Positions 39,944 to 50,225 of a stretch of 64,000 bases of DNA are shown piece after piece. Below the pieces are notes generated by a model. That model was not told where the DNA came from. It did no database searches and was given only the letters and a program-made list of their open reading frames with translations. The position numbers were made by a program, and so were the translations under genes. Source of the stretch: Candidatus Daviesbacteria bacterium (GTDB lineage Bacteria > Patescibacteriota > Microgenomatia > Daviesbacterales > UBA10151); NCBI GenBank assembly GCA_016187035.1, contig JACPKL010000010.1, positions 26,014 through 90,013 on the forward strand. Reading direction: 5' to 3'. How positions within the stretch are numbered: position 1 is the stretch's first letter; each line of letters opens with the position of its first letter.

Positions 39944-40252
39944 TTATTTATTTATCTCCTTTTTGCATTTTCTGCATATTCTAACTTTTGTTTTGTTTAT
40001 TATTTCAAAACCTACTCTTGCTACCTTATTGCAGTTAGGACAAACTAATCCTATATTTGATATATCTAAAGGCTTTGGAATATCAATTATTCCACCTTCT
40101 GCGCCTTGCATTTTTCTAACATGCCTTTTATAAAGATTTATTCCACCTACAAATACTCTGCTTTTCTTTGCTAAAACATATTCCACTTTACCTTCTTTTC
40201 CTCTATCTTTACCAAGTAAAATTTTCACTTTATCTCCTTTTTTTATCCTCAT
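39944..40252 (-). CDS. rplX: 50S ribosomal protein L24
   Basis: KKGDKV...GKDRGKEG KOW motif. Confidence 0.96.
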   Translation of the reverse strand: MRIKKGDKVKILLGKDRGKEGKVEYVLAKKSRVFVGGINLYKRHVRKMQGAEGGIIDIPKPLDISNIGLVCPNCNKVARVGFEIINKTKVRICRKCKKEINK

Positions 40253-40253
40253 A

Positions 40254-40622
40254 TCACCATACCTCCTGTGCTAAAGAAACTATTTTTGTATACCCTGCAT
40301 CTCTAACTTCTCTAGCAATTGGGCCAAATATACGTGTTGATCTAAGATTTCCTTCATCATCAATTAAGACAGCTGCATTATCATCAAATTTGATATAAGA
40401 ACCATCATCGCGTCTTGTCTCTTTTCTGCATCTGACTATAACCGCCTTTACTACTTCATGATCTTTAGCTTGTCCGTTAGAATCTGCTCCCTTAACAACT
40501 GCTACCACTCTTTGACCTAAAGCAGCTTTTCTTTTTTTAGATCCCCCCAGCGGTTGTATCACCTGCAAAACCTTAGCTCCACTATTATCTGCCACTGTTA
40601 ATCTACTCCTGTGTTGGACCAT
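40254..40622 (-). CDS. rplN: 50S ribosomal protein L14
   Basis: [21 protein letters not shown]. Confidence 0.97.
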   Translation of the reverse strand: MVQHRSRLTVADNSGAKVLQVIQPLGGSKKRKAALGQRVVAVVKGADSNGQAKDHEVVKAVIVRCRKETRRDDGSYIKFDDNAAVLIDDEGNLRSTRIFGPIAREVRDAGYTKIVSLAQEVW

Positions 40623-41048
40623 TTATTTTGTCTCCTTCTTTTTACTAGCTTTCTTCTTTTCAGAACGCCTCAGAGTATCAGTGTTTTCAAATTTATCAGA
40701 TCCACCGGAATTCTGATTTACTGGTTTTCCTAAGTTTTCAGAGTTTGCCGAACTTTCCTCTGGCATTACTTCAGAAATTATTTCTTCTGCCGCTTCTTTT
40801 AGTTCAATCCCGGCAATCTCTGCGATATCTTTACCTAATACTTTGACTACTCTCCAAGCCTTTCTTTTGGAAACAGGCTTACAGTTTATGAAACTGACTA
40901 TATCTCCTATTTTGACTCCAATCGGATCATCCACTAAGTAAGTTTTAGTTCTTACAAAGGTCTTTTTATACAAAGGGTGTATAGCAGTTCTTTCAACTAA
41001 AACAGCAGCAGTTTTAATAGAACTTGTAGAAACAACTCTTCCTATCAT
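40623..41048 (-). CDS. rpsQ: 30S ribosomal protein S17 with C-terminal extension
   Basis: GRVVS, HPLYKK, KPVSKRK; about 70-aa low-complexity tail. Confidence 0.93.
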   Translation of the reverse strand: MIGRVVSTSSIKTAAVLVERTAIHPLYKKTFVRTKTYLVDDPIGVKIGDIVSFINCKPVSKRKAWRVVKVLGKDIAEIAGIELKEAAEEIISEVMPEESSANSENLGKPVNQNSGGSDKFENTDTLRRSEKKKASKKKETK

Positions 41049-41329
41049 TTTTGATCTCCTCGTTTTACCCGAAACTCAGATTGGCTTTCTGACTTTTCTG
41101 AGTTTTTCTGAACTTTTGACTCTAGTTCCATCAAAAGTTCTTTCTGTTTTAGAACAGTCAAAACCTTTGCTAAATCTTTTTTCTTTTTACTGATAGATTT
41201 TAAGTCCTTTAATTTTTTCATATTTTTATCCACTACTAAATCCATAAGCTCTTTTTTAAAAACCTCTACTTTTCCTTTTAGTTCTTTTAAATCTAAACCT
41301 TTAATTTCTATAAATTCCTGTCTTTTCAT
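41045..41329 (-). CDS. rpmC: 50S ribosomal protein L29 with C-terminal extension
   Basis: Position between rplP and rpsQ; KKDLAKVLTVL. Confidence 0.88.
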   Translation of the reverse strand: MKRQEFIEIKGLDLKELKGKVEVFKKELMDLVVDKNMKKLKDLKSISKKKKDLAKVLTVLKQKELLMELESKVQKNSEKSESQSEFRVKRGDQK

Positions 41330-41356
41330 ATTTTTTTGACTCCTGTCAAAATATTT

Positions 41357-41770
41357 TTAGCTCTTTTCTACAAACTTGGTGCCAACTGGTAATTTATGTG
41401 CTGCCAATCTTAAAGCTTCTTCCGCAATCTCTTTTGTTACTGCTCCCATTTCAAAAAGCAACTGTCCTCTTCTTATAACAGCCACATACCCTTCTACATC
41501 TCCTTTGCCAGAGCCCATTCTTGATTCTGCTGGATGTTTGGTAACAGGTTTATCAGGAAAAATCCTTATCCAAATACGCCCGCCTCTTTGGGTATAATGA
41601 GCCATAGCCCTTCTTGCTGACTCAATTTGTTTGGCACTAATCCACCCAGCTGCCATAGCCTTTAACCCAAACACTCCAAAAGCCAGATTATTACCTCTGG
41701 TAGCAACACCAGTTCTCTTACCTTTAAACATTTTTCTGTGTTTACTTCTTTTCGGTTGTAATAGTGCCAT
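41357..41770 (-). CDS. rplP: 50S ribosomal protein L16
   Basis: [16 protein letters not shown]. Confidence 0.97.
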   Translation of the reverse strand: MALLQPKRSKHRKMFKGKRTGVATRGNNLAFGVFGLKAMAAGWISAKQIESARRAMAHYTQRGGRIWIRIFPDKPVTKHPAESRMGSGKGDVEGYVAVIRRGQLLFEMGAVTKEIAEEALRLAAHKLPVGTKFVEKS

Positions 41771-41833
41771 ACTAAATCTTAAGTTCTCCTTTACGTTTTT
41801 GGCGGAGACAAAAAGACAAAGGTGAGTTTATAA

Positions 41834-42475
41834 TCATAATTTTACCTCACCTTTATTTATCCAAACTTTTACTCCAACATATCCAGATTTGGTTAAGCTC
41901 GGGTAAACTGCAAAATCTATATCTGCTCTTAAAGTATGTAACGGCATTGTACCAGTTGCTTTCCATTCACGCCTGGCGATTTCTGCTCCACCAATCCTGC
42001 CAGATAAAACAATCCTAACCCCTTTTGCTCCAGCTCTCATTACCCGATCAATTGCTTGATTCATTACTCTTTGTGCTGGTAATCTTTTAGCTAACTGTTC
42101 TGCTATTGACTGGGCTACTAAATAAGCTGATGAGTCTGCTGATCTTAACTCCATCGGTGAAACTTCCAGATTATTTCCGTCTTTTATATTTAATGCTGAA
42201 AGTAAAAACTTTTTGGTTTCTGTTAAACCACTACCGCCTCTACCGATTAAAATCCCTGGTCTAGAAACAAAAATTATAACTTTTGTCTTATTAACTGCTC
42301 TTTCTATTTCTACGGATTGAATACCGGCAGGTCGAAGCTTTTTCATCAAAAGATCTCTAATTTTTATATCCTGACAAACAAACTGTTTATATTTAATCCC
42401 CTTGGCAAACCAGCGTGATTTCCATAGAGTTCCAATACCCATTCTAAAACCAACCGGGTGAATCTTTTGTCCCAT
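41834..42475 (-). CDS. rpsC: 30S ribosomal protein S3
   Basis: MGQKIHPVGFR, GRIGGAEIAR, PLHTLRADID. Confidence 0.97.
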   Translation of the reverse strand: MGQKIHPVGFRMGIGTLWKSRWFAKGIKYKQFVCQDIKIRDLLMKKLRPAGIQSVEIERAVNKTKVIIFVSRPGILIGRGGSGLTETKKFLLSALNIKDGNNLEVSPMELRSADSSAYLVAQSIAEQLAKRLPAQRVMNQAIDRVMRAGAKGVRIVLSGRIGGAEIARREWKATGTMPLHTLRADIDFAVYPSLTKSGYVGVKVWINKGEVKL

Positions 42476-42819
42476 TATTTTGCCTCCTTTACACTATCTG
42501 AAAGCACTATCTTGATATGACTCATTCTTTTTTTGTATGGCTTGACCCTTCCCCTTGTTCCAGCATGAAAGCGGCGCATCTTCATGCTTTCATTAACTTC
42601 AATCTTTTTAAAACCTATTTTCATGACGTCCGCACCGGCCTGCTTTGCATTAGCTAAACTTACTTCCAAAGCTTTTGCCAAATCTCTTGAAGCAGACTTT
42701 GGTGTAACCCGAAGTACATCCAGAGCCTTTAATGGATTCATTTTTCTCACCAAGTCAACCACTAGCCGCAGTTTTCTTGGTGAAGTATGAATATATTTCT
42801 GTATTGCAACTATTTCCAT
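42475..42819 (-). CDS. rplV: 50S ribosomal protein L22
   Basis: SPRKLRLV, SHIKIVL. Confidence 0.95.
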   Translation of the reverse strand: MEIVAIQKYIHTSPRKLRLVVDLVRKMNPLKALDVLRVTPKSASRDLAKALEVSLANAKQAGADVMKIGFKKIEVNESMKMRRFHAGTRGRVKPYKKRMSHIKIVLSDSVKEAK

Positions 42820-42823
42820 GTTT

Positions 42824-43108
42824 TTAAGTCTTTGATGTTGACTTTTCTGTCACCTTTCCGTGTGATCTAAATATTCTGGTTGGAGCAAACTCACCTAATC
42901 TATGACCAACCATTGATTCAGATACAAAAACTGTCACAAAATTTTTACCCTGATGTACTAAAAAAGTTAGTCCTACAAATTCCGGTGGAATTTGTGATTT
43001 TCTAGCCCAAGTTTTTATTGAGGTTTTTGCTCCTCCAGCTTTTTGAGCTAGCACTTTTTCCATTAGTTTTTTATCTATATATGGTCCTTTTTTAGTACTT
43101 CTAGACAT
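42824..43108 (-). CDS. rpsS: 30S ribosomal protein S19
   Basis: [22 protein letters not shown]. Confidence 0.97.
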   Translation of the reverse strand: MSRSTKKGPYIDKKLMEKVLAQKAGGAKTSIKTWARKSQIPPEFVGLTFLVHQGKNFVTVFVSESMVGHRLGEFAPTRIFRSHGKVTEKSTSKT

Positions 43109-43116
43109 AAATCTTA

Positions 43117-43162
43117 GATCCTTTGTCGCCTTTATGGCTCCTCAGGATGACGCAAAGCGTCA
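43117..43162. repeat. REP-like hairpins between rplB and rpsS
   Basis: Minus strand GTCATCCTGAGG-AGCCATAAAGGCG-ACAAAGGATC plus TGACGC-AAA-GCGTCA over the rplB stop. Confidence 0.7.
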
Positions 43163-43894
43163 CTTTCTCCTTTTTAAAATATATTTATCACTCCATTTAC
43201 CTTTAACTCTTGTTTTACCAACTGCTGATCTACCATATTTTGTCATAGGATTCCTGCCTATTCCGGAACGGCCTTCTCCCCCACCGTGCGGATGAGAATC
43301 AGGATCTTGCGCTACTCCCCTAACTGTTGGCTTAATTCCCATATGGCGCGCTCTACCAGCCTTACCAATTACTCTTTGTTTAACTTCTTCATTGCCTAAT
43401 GCTCCAATTGTTGCTAAAGAATCTAAATTTACTTTTCTAACCTCCCCTGAAGGCAATTTTAAATGTGCAAACCCACCTTCTTTAGCTAAAAGCTGTAAAG
43501 CTACACCTGCACTTCTTCCTAGCTGTCCTCCTTTACCAGGAGAAAGCTCCACGTTATGAACCAAATTACCAATAGTGATATTTTTTAGCCTCATAGCATT
43601 TCCTATTTTTATCTCAGTTCTATCTGAAGAGACAATTTTATCTCCCAAGTTCAAACCTTTTGGAGCCAAAATATATCTGTATTCCCCATCTGCGTATTTA
43701 ATTAGAGCAATCTCAACATTCCTATTTGGATCATATTCTAACCCTACTACTTCACCTGTAACTCCAAATTTATCCCTTCTAAAATCTATGTTGCGGTAAT
43801 ATCTTTTATGCCTGCCTCCCTGGTGGCGGACTGTAATCATTCCGCCGGATCCTCTACCAGAATGTTTTTTCAGCAATACTTTTAATTTGTTCAT
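43160..43894 (-). CDS. rplB: 50S ribosomal protein L2 (short N-terminus)
   Basis: EYDPNR, KLPSGE, HPHGGGEG. Confidence 0.97.
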   Translation of the reverse strand: MNKLKVLLKKHSGRGSGGMITVRHQGGRHKRYYRNIDFRRDKFGVTGEVVGLEYDPNRNVEIALIKYADGEYRYILAPKGLNLGDKIVSSDRTEIKIGNAMRLKNITIGNLVHNVELSPGKGGQLGRSAGVALQLLAKEGGFAHLKLPSGEVRKVNLDSLATIGALGNEEVKQRVIGKAGRARHMGIKPTVRGVAQDPDSHPHGGGEGRSGIGRNPMTKYGRSAVGKTRVKGKWSDKYILKRRK

Positions 43895-44325
43895 TATTTT
43901 CCAGTAATTACCTTTCTTTGTGTTGTTGGAGCAGCTCCTACTGCAGATTTCTCCACTTTTACTTTTGTCCTGCCCAAAATATCCTTCTTCTCCTTCAGTT
44001 TAATTGGCTCTGCTTCGGCTGTGGTGACTACTGCTTCCTCTTCTTTTGGTGTCTCAAACAGGGGAATCTTAGTCTGTTTTCCGGTTTGAACAATAGCTTT
44101 TTTATAACCAGTGGTTTTATATAATTTTCTCACCCTTCTTTGGGATTTAACCTCACCTTTCACATTAAGGGTTTTAACAGAAATAACCTTGACATTAAAT
44201 TTCCCAGCTACAGCTTTGGCAATAGCTGCTTTATTGGCTTTCTTATCTACTTCAAAAGTATACTGGTGAACCTTTGCCAGCTCCATCGATTTCTCAGTTA
44301 TAATAGGCCGTTTAATTACAATCAT
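43894..44325 (-). CDS. rplW: 50S ribosomal protein L23 with C-terminal extension
   Basis: RPIITEKS, YKKAIV. Confidence 0.94.
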   Translation of the reverse strand: MIVIKRPIITEKSMELAKVHQYTFEVDKKANKAAIAKAVAGKFNVKVISVKTLNVKGEVKSQRRVRKLYKTTGYKKAIVQTGKQTKIPLFETPKEEEAVVTTAEAEPIKLKEKKDILGRTKVKVEKSAVGAAPTTQRKVITGK

Positions 44326-44984
44326 TTTTTTAATCCTTCCAAGGCATCTTTTGTAAGCAGCAATCTTGCATGTTTTAATACATCCAAGGCATTTATTAAA
44401 TTGATTGGTAAAACATCAACACCCGGGATGTTCTTAACTGCCCTTGCTAAATTATCCTGTTTTTTATCAGTTACAATTAAAGCGCTCTTAACAGCCAGTT
44501 TTTGCATTAATCTGGCTATTTCTTTAGTTTTTCCAGAGGCCTTATCTGTCCCTGATATTCCCAGAACTTCTTTGCCTTTTGCTTTTGACGAGAGAGCAGA
44601 GAATAAGGCTGCTTTTTTCATTTTCTTTGGTAAATCCAATCTAACTTTTCTACTCTTAGGACCAAAGACAATTCCTCCTCCCACAAAAATCGGCGCCCTG
44701 ATTGCACCGTGTCTAGCCCGCCCTGTTCCTTTTTGTCTATAGATTTTGGCTGTTGAACCAACTACTTCACCCCTAGTTTTAGTTGAACCATTAAGTTGCT
44801 TTTGATTAGTTGTATAAACCCTAATCGCTTGGGATAAAAGTTGTTTATTTACTTTAGCTCCAAAAATGTCTTTTGGTAAAGTTAAAGTAGTAGTACTTTT
44901 TTGACCACTTAAAGTATAAACAGGAATAGATAAATTACTCGTTGCCCGCGTACTTATTGATGATTCTTTCTTAACTCTTGGCAT
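44322..44984 (-). CDS. rplD: 50S ribosomal protein L4
   Basis: TKTRGEV, RQKGTGRARHG; start placed at MPRVKK. Confidence 0.96.
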   Translation of the reverse strand: MPRVKKESSISTRATSNLSIPVYTLSGQKSTTTLTLPKDIFGAKVNKQLLSQAIRVYTTNQKQLNGSTKTRGEVVGSTAKIYRQKGTGRARHGAIRAPIFVGGGIVFGPKSRKVRLDLPKKMKKAALFSALSSKAKGKEVLGISGTDKASGKTKEIARLMQKLAVKSALIVTDKKQDNLARAVKNIPGVDVLPINLINALDVLKHARLLLTKDALEGLKK

Positions 44985-45780
44985 TTTCCCCTCCTTCGTT
45001 ATTTGGTGTATCAGATGAAATCGGAGTATCAGTAGTTTGCTTGTCCGCCGACTCACTAACTTCTGATTTATCTGAAGCTCCTTCCTCTTCCTCGTCTACT
45101 TTTTCTTCAGGTGGTGGGGTATAACCTTTAACCCGACCAAATTTAGTTACTGTAACCAAACCTCCAATTGGGCCTGGCACAGCACCTTTAACAATTAAAT
45201 ACCCCTTAACTTTATCTATTCCAACAACTTCTAAATTCCTGACGCTGACTGACGCGCTGCCCATATGCCCTGCCATTTTCTTCCCTTTATATACCCTTCC
45301 CGGAGTAGTTCCGGAACCAATTGCCCCTGGAGCTCTTTGTCTATCTGATTGACCGTGAGTCCTTGGTCCACCATGGAATCCATGACGTTTAACAACTCCA
45401 GCAAATCCCCTGCCTTTTGAGACGCCGCTGACTTTAATTGAATCACCGATTGAAAAAACCTGGTCCAGCTTAATCTCTGTTCCAGGCTGTATAGTCCCGA
45501 GCGGACCTGTCCTGAGCGAAGTCGAAGGAGTCGAGGGATCTTCCATAATTTCGATTTCTCTAAACCAGCGAAGGGGTTGTTCAATACCAGCTTTTTTACC
45601 ATGTCCAATTTGAGGTTTTTTAACTGACTTTTTAGTACCAAACCCAAGTTGGACTGAGTTAGAATTAACTTGAGTTACAAAATTAGGACCTATCTGCAAA
45701 GCAGTAGCCCCTACTCTTCTACCCCGAGAGTCATAAGTACTAGTCATATTCTTTTTAATACCAAACAATGTGTTAAACAT
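44971..45780 (-). CDS. rplC: 50S ribosomal protein L3 with in-frame palindromic insert
   Basis: SKGRGFAGVVKRH, THGQSDR, GKKMAGHMG; start at MFNTLFG. Confidence 0.96.
   Translation of the reverse strand: MFNTLFGIKKNMTSTYDSRGRRVGATALQIGPNFVTQVNSNSVQLGFGTKKSVKKPQIGHGKKAGIEQPLRWFREIEIMEDPSTPSTSLRTGPLGTIQPGTEIKLDQVFSIGDSIKVSGVSKGRGFAGVVKRHGFHGGPRTHGQSDRQRAPGAIGSGTTPGRVYKGKKMAGHMGSASVSVRNLEVVGIDKVKGYLIVKGAVPGPIGGLVTVTKFGRVKGYTPPPEEKVDEEEEGASDKSEVSESADKQTTDTPISSDTPNNEGGENAKS
45491..45538. repeat. two-layer nested palindromic element in rplC
   Basis: atagtcccgagcgga[cctgtcctgagcgaa gtcgaagga]gtcgaggga; 48 nt, encodes [15 protein letters not shown]. Confidence 0.9.
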
Positions 45781-45951
45781 AAAAAAGAGTGACCTGCCAA
45801 AGGCATAGTCACTCAGTAATTGTGCCTTCAATTGTCGTATCCTTCGACTTTGCTCAGGACGCACAATCTACTGAAATTTTTATTAATCATTAATTAACCA
45901 CTTGAAATGGTCATGTAGGGGAATTGTAACAAAGCTAGAGGTTAAATGCAA
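45781..45951 (-). promoter_or_regulatory. internal promoter and structured leader/attenuator upstream of rplC
   Basis: TTGCAT-17bp-TACAAT (45951-45923); stem cagtagattgtgc/gcacaattactg capped by a repeat copy at 45840-45860; hairpin GAGTGAC...GTCACTC plus U6 directly before ATG. Confidence 0.65.
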
Positions 45952-45955
45952 GCTG

Positions 45956-46264
45956 CTACATCTTAACTTCAATGTCAACACCTGCAGGAATCTCAAGGTG
46001 CATTAAAGAGTCTATGGTTTTTTGGGTGGGCTCAACAATGTCAACCATTCTTTTGTGGGTCCTAATTTCAAATGCTTCTCTGGCATTTTTATCAGTATGA
46101 GGAGATTTTAAAACTGTCATTCTTTCAGTCTTAGTAGGTAGGGGAATAGGACCAACTATTTTGGCTCCTGTTCTTAAAGCTGTATCCAAAAGAGAATCAC
46201 AGGTATTATCAAGTACCCTATGATCGTAACTTTTAAGTTTAACACGTATTCTGCCTCTTGGCAT
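45956..46264 (-). CDS. rpsJ: 30S ribosomal protein S10
   Basis: [24 protein letters not shown]. Confidence 0.97.
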   Translation of the reverse strand: MPRGRIRVKLKSYDHRVLDNTCDSLLDTALRTGAKIVGPIPLPTKTERMTVLKSPHTDKNAREAFEIRTHKRMVDIVEPTQKTIDSLMHLEIPAGVDIEVKM

Positions 46265-46301
46265 ATAAAGCTTATTCCCCTTTCAATGTGCACAACAAAA
46301 C

Positions 46302-47486
46302 TTAGGCTATTATCTTGGTAATTACCCCGGCGCCAACTGTTTTACCGCCTTCTCTAACAGCAAATCTTAAACCTTCTTCCATCGCTACAGGTGTAATTAA
46401 TTTCCCCGTCACTTTAACAGTATCTCCTGGCATAGCCATTTCCACACCTTCAGGAAGTTGAACTTCACCAGTTACATCAGTGGTTCTAATATAGAATTGT
46501 GGTCTGTAACCTTTGAAAAATGGAGTATGTCTTCCTCCTTCTTCCTTAGATAAGATGTAAACTTCTGCTTCAAATTCAGAATGCGGAGTGATTGAGCCGG
46601 GTTTAGCAAGTACCTGACCTCTTTCAACATCATCCTTTTCAATACCTCTTAGTAAAATTCCTGCATTGTCTCCGGCCTGACCTTCATCAAGAAGTTTATG
46701 AAACATCTCAATACCTGTGACTACACTTTTCTTAGTTGATCTTATACCCACAATTTCTATCTCCTCATTAAGTTTAACTTTTCCTCTTTCAATTCTGCCT
46801 GTTACTACTGTTCCACGGCCTTTAATCGAGAATACATCTTCAACCGCCATCAAAAATGGCTTATCCACATCTCTTACTGGTGTGGGAATCCACTCATCAA
46901 CTTTAGCCATCAATTCTTCAATTGCTTTAATCGCTTCAGGATCACCATTCAAGGCTTTTAAGGCTGAGCCTCTAACTATTGGGGAATTTGGATCATAATT
47001 GTATTTCTTTAAAAGGTCTTTAATTTCTTCTTCTACTAAATCAATTAATTCTGGATCTGATACTTGATCAATTTTATTTAGGAAAACTACAATTGCTGGA
47101 ACTCCTACTTGGTAAGCAAGCAATAAATGCTCTCTTGTTTGAGGCATTGGACCGTCTGGAGCAGAAACAACCAAAATAGCACCATCGGTTTGAGCAGCAC
47201 CGGTAATCATATTCTTGATGTAATCTGCATGGCCTGGCATGTCAATATGGGCATAGTGCCTTTTTTCTGTTTCATATTCTTGGTGAGAAATATTAATGGT
47301 AATACCACGGGCTTTTTCTTCCGGAGCATTATCAATTTGGTCAACTGATCTTTTTTCTGCCATTCCTTTAGCAGCTAAAACACTGGTTATTGCAGCAGTT
47401 AAAGTAGTTTTACCATGGTCAACATGACCCATGGTACCAACGTTCACATGTGGTTTTGATCTGTCAAATTTTTTTGCCTCAGCCAT
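46302..47486 (-). CDS. tuf: elongation factor Tu
   Basis: [29 protein letters not shown]. Confidence 0.98.
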   Translation of the reverse strand: MAEAKKFDRSKPHVNVGTMGHVDHGKTTLTAAITSVLAAKGMAEKRSVDQIDNAPEEKARGITINISHQEYETEKRHYAHIDMPGHADYIKNMITGAAQTDGAILVVSAPDGPMPQTREHLLLAYQVGVPAIVVFLNKIDQVSDPELIDLVEEEIKDLLKKYNYDPNSPIVRGSALKALNGDPEAIKAIEELMAKVDEWIPTPVRDVDKPFLMAVEDVFSIKGRGTVVTGRIERGKVKLNEEIEIVGIRSTKKSVVTGIEMFHKLLDEGQAGDNAGILLRGIEKDDVERGQVLAKPGSITPHSEFEAEVYILSKEEGGRHTPFFKGYRPQFYIRTTDVTGEVQLPEGVEMAMPGDTVKVTGKLITPVAMEEGLRFAVREGGKTVGAGVITKIIA

Positions 47487-47561
47487 AATTTAGTCTTTAA
47501 AAACAGCGTTCTCTTACGCTGCCTTTAATAATATACATAAATCTTACATAAAATGCAATAG

Positions 47562-47783
47562 TTAAGTTAAAGGGGGGGGTTTTGGTTTAAGATAATTTGT
47601 TGTTAATCTTAAAGTTAAATCAGCTGCCCTTAATACACCTCCCATTAATGTATCATACTCATCTGGATCATCAGATGGCTCGGTTGTGTTTAGTCTTTGA
47701 AGCATCCTTACTGTTAGTAATTCCGCAGCTTCTATCAAAGGTGTTTCGATTGTCCCCGGAAATCGATCAGGGCTTAAAGCCAT
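47562..47783 (-). CDS. hypothetical protein
   Basis: 73-aa ORF between fusA and tuf; TTGACA upstream at 47815-47820. Confidence 0.5.
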   Translation of the reverse strand: MALSPDRFPGTIETPLIEAAELLTVRMLQRLNTTEPSDDPDEYDTLMGGVLRAADLTLRLTTNYLKPKPPPLT

Positions 47784-47824
47784 ACTTTATAGAAATATCA
47801 TATTTAAAAAACAGTTGTCAACCA

Positions 47825-49999
47825 TTAGCGCTCAACCCGGCCGGTAAAGCCTGAGGACTCGACAATTTTTTGAGTAATATTTTGTGGAACCGGTTCATAA
47901 TGGTCTGCTTCCATATAATAAGTAGCCCTGCCCTGAGACATACTCCTGATAGCTGTAGCATATCCATGCATTTCAGCCAGAGGCACTAAGGCCAATACCA
48001 CCCTGGCATTTCCCCTTGACTCAGATGATAAAATCTGAGCTCTTTTTGAGGATAAATCACCAATAATCTCACCTAAAAATTCATCGGGAGTGGTTACTTC
48101 CACTTTCATTATTGGCTCAAGTAAAATCATATCTGCAATTTTGGCTGCCTCAGACAAGCCTAAAGAGGCTGCAATTTTAAAAGCTATCTCAGAGGAATCA
48201 ACATCATGAAAAGAACCGTCATAAACAGTCACTTTAATATCTGTAACAGGGAAGCCTGCTAAAATCCCTGTATCTTCTTTTTCAATCACTCCTTTTTCAA
48301 TTGGCGGTATAAACTCTCTTGGAATGGCTCCGCCAACCACCTCTGAAACAAATTCCCTGCCTTGCCCTCTTGGCAATGGTTCAATCTTCAAAAGACAATG
48401 TCCATATTGACCCCTGCCACCTGTCTGCCTGATATATTTACCCTCTCCTTCAGCATATTTAGTAATAGTCTCTTTATAAGCTACCTGCGGCTGGCCAACA
48501 TTAGCATCAACTTTAAACTCTCTTTTCATTCTATCTACTAAAATTTCCAGTTGTAATTCTCCCATGCCGGCAATAATAGTTTGGCCTGTTTCAGCATCAG
48601 ACTTAACCCTGAAAGTAGGATCTTCCTCAGCCAGTCTTTGTAAAGACAATCCCAGTCTCTCCTGATCTGATTTAGTTTTGGGTTCAATAGCCAAAGAAAT
48701 GACCGGATCTGGAAAAGTGATAGACTCTAAAATAATTGGCGAAGTTTCATCGCATAAAGTATCTCCGGTAATAGTATCTTTAAGCCCAACAGCTGCCACA
48801 ATTTCTCCGGCAAAAGCCTCTTCAATTTCTTCCCTGTCATTAGCATGCATTAAAAGCAGCCTGCCTACCCGTTCTTTAATTTGTTTGGTAGAGTTATAAA
48901 CATAAGAACCGCTCTTTAAAGTTCCTGAGTAAACTCTAATATAAGTTAATTTCCCCACATGAGGATCAACCTGAATTTTAAAAGCCAAAGCAGATAAAGA
49001 AGCTTTAGGATCTGTTTTCTCAATATCCTGGGGAGAAGGCAGATATTCCACCACACAATCTAACATTTTTTGGACACCTTTATTTCTTAGAGATGACCCT
49101 GCTAAAACTGGAACAATCTTACTCCCAATGACAGCTCTTCTTAAAGCAAGTTTCAACTCTTCAACGGACATATCTTGCCCGCCCAAGTATTTTTCCATTA
49201 AGATATCATCAGTACCGGCAATTTCTTCAACTAATTTTTCCCTGGCTGCTTTAACTTCTTCCGCCATATCAGCAGGAATTTCTACTTCATTAAATTTAGC
49301 GCCGGTATCACTTGTCCCGAGCGGACCTGTCCTGAGCGGACCTGTCCTGAGCGAAGTCGAAGGAGTCGAAGGAGTCGAAGGAGCCGAGGGATCACCTTCC
49401 CAAATATAGGCTTTTTCAGTCAGTAAATCTACCACACCTTTAAAATCATTTTCCCGTCCAATGGGTAAATTGTAGGCAATGGCATTGGCCCCTAACCTAT
49501 CCCTGGCAGACTGGATTGTAGCCTGAAAATCTGCACCCACCACATCCATTTTATTGGAAAAAGCAATCAAAGGCACATTGTATTTGTTAGCCTGCCTCCA
49601 GACAGTCTCTGTTTGAGACTGCACTCCTGAGGAAGAATCCAACACAATTACCGCACCATCTAATACTCTCAAAGACCTTTCCACCTCAGCAGTAAAATCT
49701 ACATGTCCGGGAGTATCAATTAAATTAATTCTATTTTCCAAAGACTCAAAAAGACCCTGTTTAACTGTCCAAAAGGCAGTAATTGCAGCAGATACAATGG
49801 TGATACCACGTTCCCTTTCCTGCTCCATCCAGTCAGTAGTAGTAGTTCCCTCGTCAATATCACCAATTTTATAAGTTCTGCCCGTATAAAAAAGAATTCT
49901 TTCAGTGGTGGTGGTCTTCCCTGCATCAATGTGAGCGATTATCCCAATGTTTCTAATCCTATCTAAGGGGAAATCTCTGTTAGTCTTTTGTAAGCCCAT
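47825..49999 (-). CDS. fusA: elongation factor G with in-frame nested palindromic insert
   Basis: [35 protein letters not shown]. Confidence 0.98.
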   Translation of the reverse strand: MGLQKTNRDFPLDRIRNIGIIAHIDAGKTTTTERILFYTGRTYKIGDIDEGTTTTDWMEQERERGITIVSAAITAFWTVKQGLFESLENRINLIDTPGHVDFTAEVERSLRVLDGAVIVLDSSSGVQSQTETVWRQANKYNVPLIAFSNKMDVVGADFQATIQSARDRLGANAIAYNLPIGRENDFKGVVDLLTEKAYIWEGDPSAPSTPSTPSTSLRTGPLRTGPLGTSDTGAKFNEVEIPADMAEEVKAAREKLVEEIAGTDDILMEKYLGGQDMSVEELKLALRRAVIGSKIVPVLAGSSLRNKGVQKMLDCVVEYLPSPQDIEKTDPKASLSALAFKIQVDPHVGKLTYIRVYSGTLKSGSYVYNSTKQIKERVGRLLLMHANDREEIEEAFAGEIVAAVGLKDTITGDTLCDETSPIILESITFPDPVISLAIEPKTKSDQERLGLSLQRLAEEDPTFRVKSDAETGQTIIAGMGELQLEILVDRMKREFKVDANVGQPQVAYKETITKYAEGEGKYIRQTGGRGQYGHCLLKIEPLPRGQGREFVSEVVGGAIPREFIPPIEKGVIEKEDTGILAGFPVTDIKVTVYDGSFHDVDSSEIAFKIAASLGLSEAAKIADMILLEPIMKVEVTTPDEFLGEIIGDLSSKRAQILSSESRGNARVVLALVPLAEMHGYATAIRSMSQGRATYYMEADHYEPVPQNITQKIVESSGFTGRVER
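49311..49391. repeat. three-layer nested palindromic element in fusA
   Basis: cttgtcccgagcgga cctgtcctgagcgga cctgtcctgagcgaa gtcgaagga gtcgaagga gtcgaagga gccgaggga; 81 nt. Confidence 0.9.
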
Positions 50000-50221
50000 T
50001 TAATTTTTCTCCAATTCCTTAATAATCTTTTTTACCTGCTCAATCTGCACTCTTAAAGTTGTTGCATCCTCAATAGCCATAGAATAGGCTGCATTTTCAG
50101 ACAAATCCCCTTCTTGAGCAGCCAAGCCCTTTTTTTGCTGAACTGCAACCAGCTGCTCTTCCAGCTTTTTGAGGTTATCCTGCCACATTTTTAGTTTTTC
50201 TTGTTTTAAATTTTCGTCCAT
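50000..50221 (-). CDS. stand-alone GreA N-terminal coiled-coil protein
   Basis: AAQEGDLSENAAY tip motif; no C-terminal GreA domain; stop abuts the fusA ATG. Confidence 0.8.
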   Translation of the reverse strand: MDENLKQEKLKMWQDNLKKLEEQLVAVQQKKGLAAQEGDLSENAAYSMAIEDATTLRVQIEQVKKIIKELEKN

Positions 50222-50225
50222 ATCT

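Noticed and set aside
45781..45864. MRPEQSRR... extension of L3
   Set aside because: Translation of the leader and repeat element; the L3-like sequence starts at 45780.
49311..49391. CRISPR array, intein or intron interpretation of the fusA repeat
   Set aside because: No unique spacers, no cas genes, no intein or intron motifs; the insert is short and in frame.
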